Both the position numbers and the translations under genes were made by a program. The notes beneath the pieces were generated by a model. The model ran no database searches and had not been told where the DNA came from. It saw only the letters and a list, made by a program, of their open reading frames with translations. A stretch of DNA of 62,286 nt, filler included, from Circinaria calcarea (taxonomy: Eukaryota), in assembly GCA_051942165.1 (NCBI GenBank). It is 11 parts of 11 records of this genome, joined end to end, with 100 filler letters (N's around TTAATTAATTAA, not from the genome) between each part and the next. Parts side by side here need not be neighbours in the genome. Positions count along the whole stretch, not along the records: positions 56,729 to 62,286 come from JAVECS010001866.1; 10 more parts are not named here. The stretch is one strand, 5' to 3'. How positions within the stretch are numbered: position 1 is the first letter of the stretch; each line of letters starts with the position of its first letter. Of the stretch, positions 60,000 to 62,286 are shown in pieces.

Positions 60000-62286
60000 C
60001 CTCCCGTTGGCCTGGATTGAAATAGGCGGTTCAGGCCTTTGGCAAAAACAGCCAATCTTGCTATCCGTGAAATATCCTGGAGTTTAGTAGACTATGCCAG
60101 CCAGCGCTGTGATTCAAGCAACAATGAAAGCCAAGCATTGGCTACGAAGAGAGCGCTGTGAACGTAGGTCTGGGATTTTGCTATCCAGATGTCAAATACC
60201 AAATTCCCTATCATAACGCAGTGAAAGGCGCTGAGAGGTGCCCGTTCAAAGAGATGTATGATACTCAGTTATGAGATACGGGGTAATAACGGGACCACCA
60301 TTGAATTCATGCGAGATGATGTGAATGTTGCAAAGCGTCAACTGTTAACAGGAGACCCAGTAGGCACGTATGCCGAACCAACAGGGAAAGCACCATCTTG
60401 ACCGCAACTGACACGACAAGAGCCAGCGCTCTCTGCACCGCCATGAAAACGTACATTTTTGCGTCAAGCAAATGGGCACCGGCAGCGCACCAAGCAGAGT
60501 AGGAAAACTCGATCATAAACTCCAAACACCAAGCTACCAACTCGAGGCCAGATACCTTTTCCCGCTGTTGATTCTCCATCGGCAATAGGCAAGCACCATG
60601 AGGCCGAGAGAAAAAGTAAACAACAGGAGAGCATGGATGACCCCAGACGTTGGTATTACCAAAGCCTTTCGGGAGGGGATTCCAAATCACAACATGCTTG
60701 ATAGTGGCCGGCGGAGCTAAATGATGCACAGATATGACATGCGGTCGCTGCAATCCGGCCGCCCTTATCCTCCAGATGGAGAGGTTGCCCGGTAGCATGG
60801 TGGTGAGGGCTCGTATAAATAACGATGGCGTCTGGCGGGCGCAGTCTTAAGTCTCGTGGCTTGATTCGTGGCGGGTTGGATCGATCACGTCGAGGCTTAG
60901 GCGGGTTGGAGTCGAGAATGGCCCCCTCGGCCACCAAAACGATCCCGAATACGCCAAAGCCTTCACGCGCATGAGCCGATGGGGTTACACCACATGGCGG
61001 CGGGGCCCAAACGGGCGCAAAGCGGAAACTTCATCGACGCTTCGGTTTACTGTCAATGGAGCCCTACGACGAGATACGGCCAGGGCGGGGCGGGCGGCTA
61101 GTTCCGGTTTGGTCCGAACTACCGACGGGATTGCTCGGCGCCTGACTTGCTGAACCAAGGTTCGGGGGGCGTTGGAGCGAAGGTCCGGGGCCAAACAAAG
61201 TCTACACTTGCCAATCCCAGTTGATCCAGCACAACCGCCGGATAGATCGTTGGCGGACCATGCCTGCTACCATCTCGTCGGGATGGAGGAGGGAGACAGG
61301 ACCCGGTTTACTACCCCCCGGCACCCCTCTAACCACATCCTACTCCCCCAAGCTCGGCGGAGTCACCACCTTCTCAACCCTGGAGACCTTTACAGCTACT
61401 GCCCGGCTCAATAGGGCCGCCGAGGCATCGTGGCTGGTGCCCTAATTGGTCTATGGGGACAAAAGCACCATGGATAGTAGCATCACCATGCCTTCTGACT
61501 TCGCTGGAAGGAGGTCGCTGTCATGCCCGCCGGAGGGAATCAAAGCCTCTATCGCAGGGCCGCGAAGCATCGACTAAGAATCCACCCGGCAGCTGGACAA
61601 CTACCTCACCCTGTCGCATGTGGACCTTAGCTCGAGATGTCAACAGACTCCATTTCGAGCCGCCGCGTTGTGCTTGCATTGTCGCTGGCAGATGTGGAAG
61701 CTTAACCCTCAAGATGCCAGGTATGGTATGATGTAGGCACCCGATGCTGGACCGTTGGATTATCGGCGAGTTGACGTCCCAACTACCAGTGTATGTTGCA
61801 GATCGTGCGCAAGAAATTCGGAGACGACCCTTTAGACCGGGTAACGAGATCCATTAGCGCAGCAGCTTGAGATCTGACCCGCACATGGCGTGAAGCACTT
61901 CTGCAGGGAACCCGCAACTGGACAGGAAACGAGGCTAGCACCGCTTACCCTCCGCTCTCTCAGATGTCATGGCACCCCCGGTGGCTGCAGCCATTGAGAG
62001 GCCTTATAGTGGCCAGGACTGCCTTTTCAGCTGAGGCAGCATCATTTGATTTAGGTGGGAGATGTTCACTAATCTTGCACACGACCTGGGATGTAGGCTT
62101 AAACTGGGAAACATGATCTCATGATCATTATCATACTATCCCACGATGGATGTCGACAATACCCACACGGAAACGGATGAGGCTGGTAGGTACGTAACTT
62201 CTGTCGAGACATCAGCTATATAGCTCTCTATGCCGTGTTCCCAGGCTTGTAGAATCGACAGAGAGCTTACAACACCAAGTTTTCCG

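Noticed and set aside
61703..61709. TAACCCT as a telomerase RNA template
   Set aside because: Only 7 nt, lacking the roughly 1.5 repeats expected; no pseudoknot or CR4/5 could be identified by eye.

Overview
This window is not one locus. It is 11 unrelated contigs of 5558-5586 nt in descending length order, joined by 100-nt artificial spacers (N44-TTAATTAATTAA-N44) at 5587, 11268, 16949, 22626, 28303, 33979, 39645, 45310, 50971 and 56629. The DNA is from a filamentous ascomycete (Pezizomycotina): short introns with CTRAC-type branch points, RIP-like damage and typical fungal genes. Recognisable genes include ataxin-2/PBP1, BUD6/AIP3, a GH135 spherulin-4, a CnjB-like zinc-knuckle protein, DCP1, an OCRL-like inositol 5-phosphatase, MED22, an AAA ATPase, cyclin H, GNATs, an Rds1-like ferritin-fold protein, an F-box protein, QNS1, YIH1/IMPACT, UPF0047 and an alpha/beta hydrolase. 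The most interesting contig is 22726-28302. It holds (i) a 16-exon micro-exon gene almost invisible to the ORF track, in which 13 consecutive symmetric phase-0 exons of 33-48 nt each encode one Gly/Ser-rich repeat unit, and (ii) a decayed DD37E Tc1-like transposon whose SPDLSPIEN motif is interrupted by a solo LTR (5-bp TSD) and a tRNA-headed, (TAC)n-tailed SINE-like element (12-bp TSD). All family names come from motif recognition by eye; no database searches were run.
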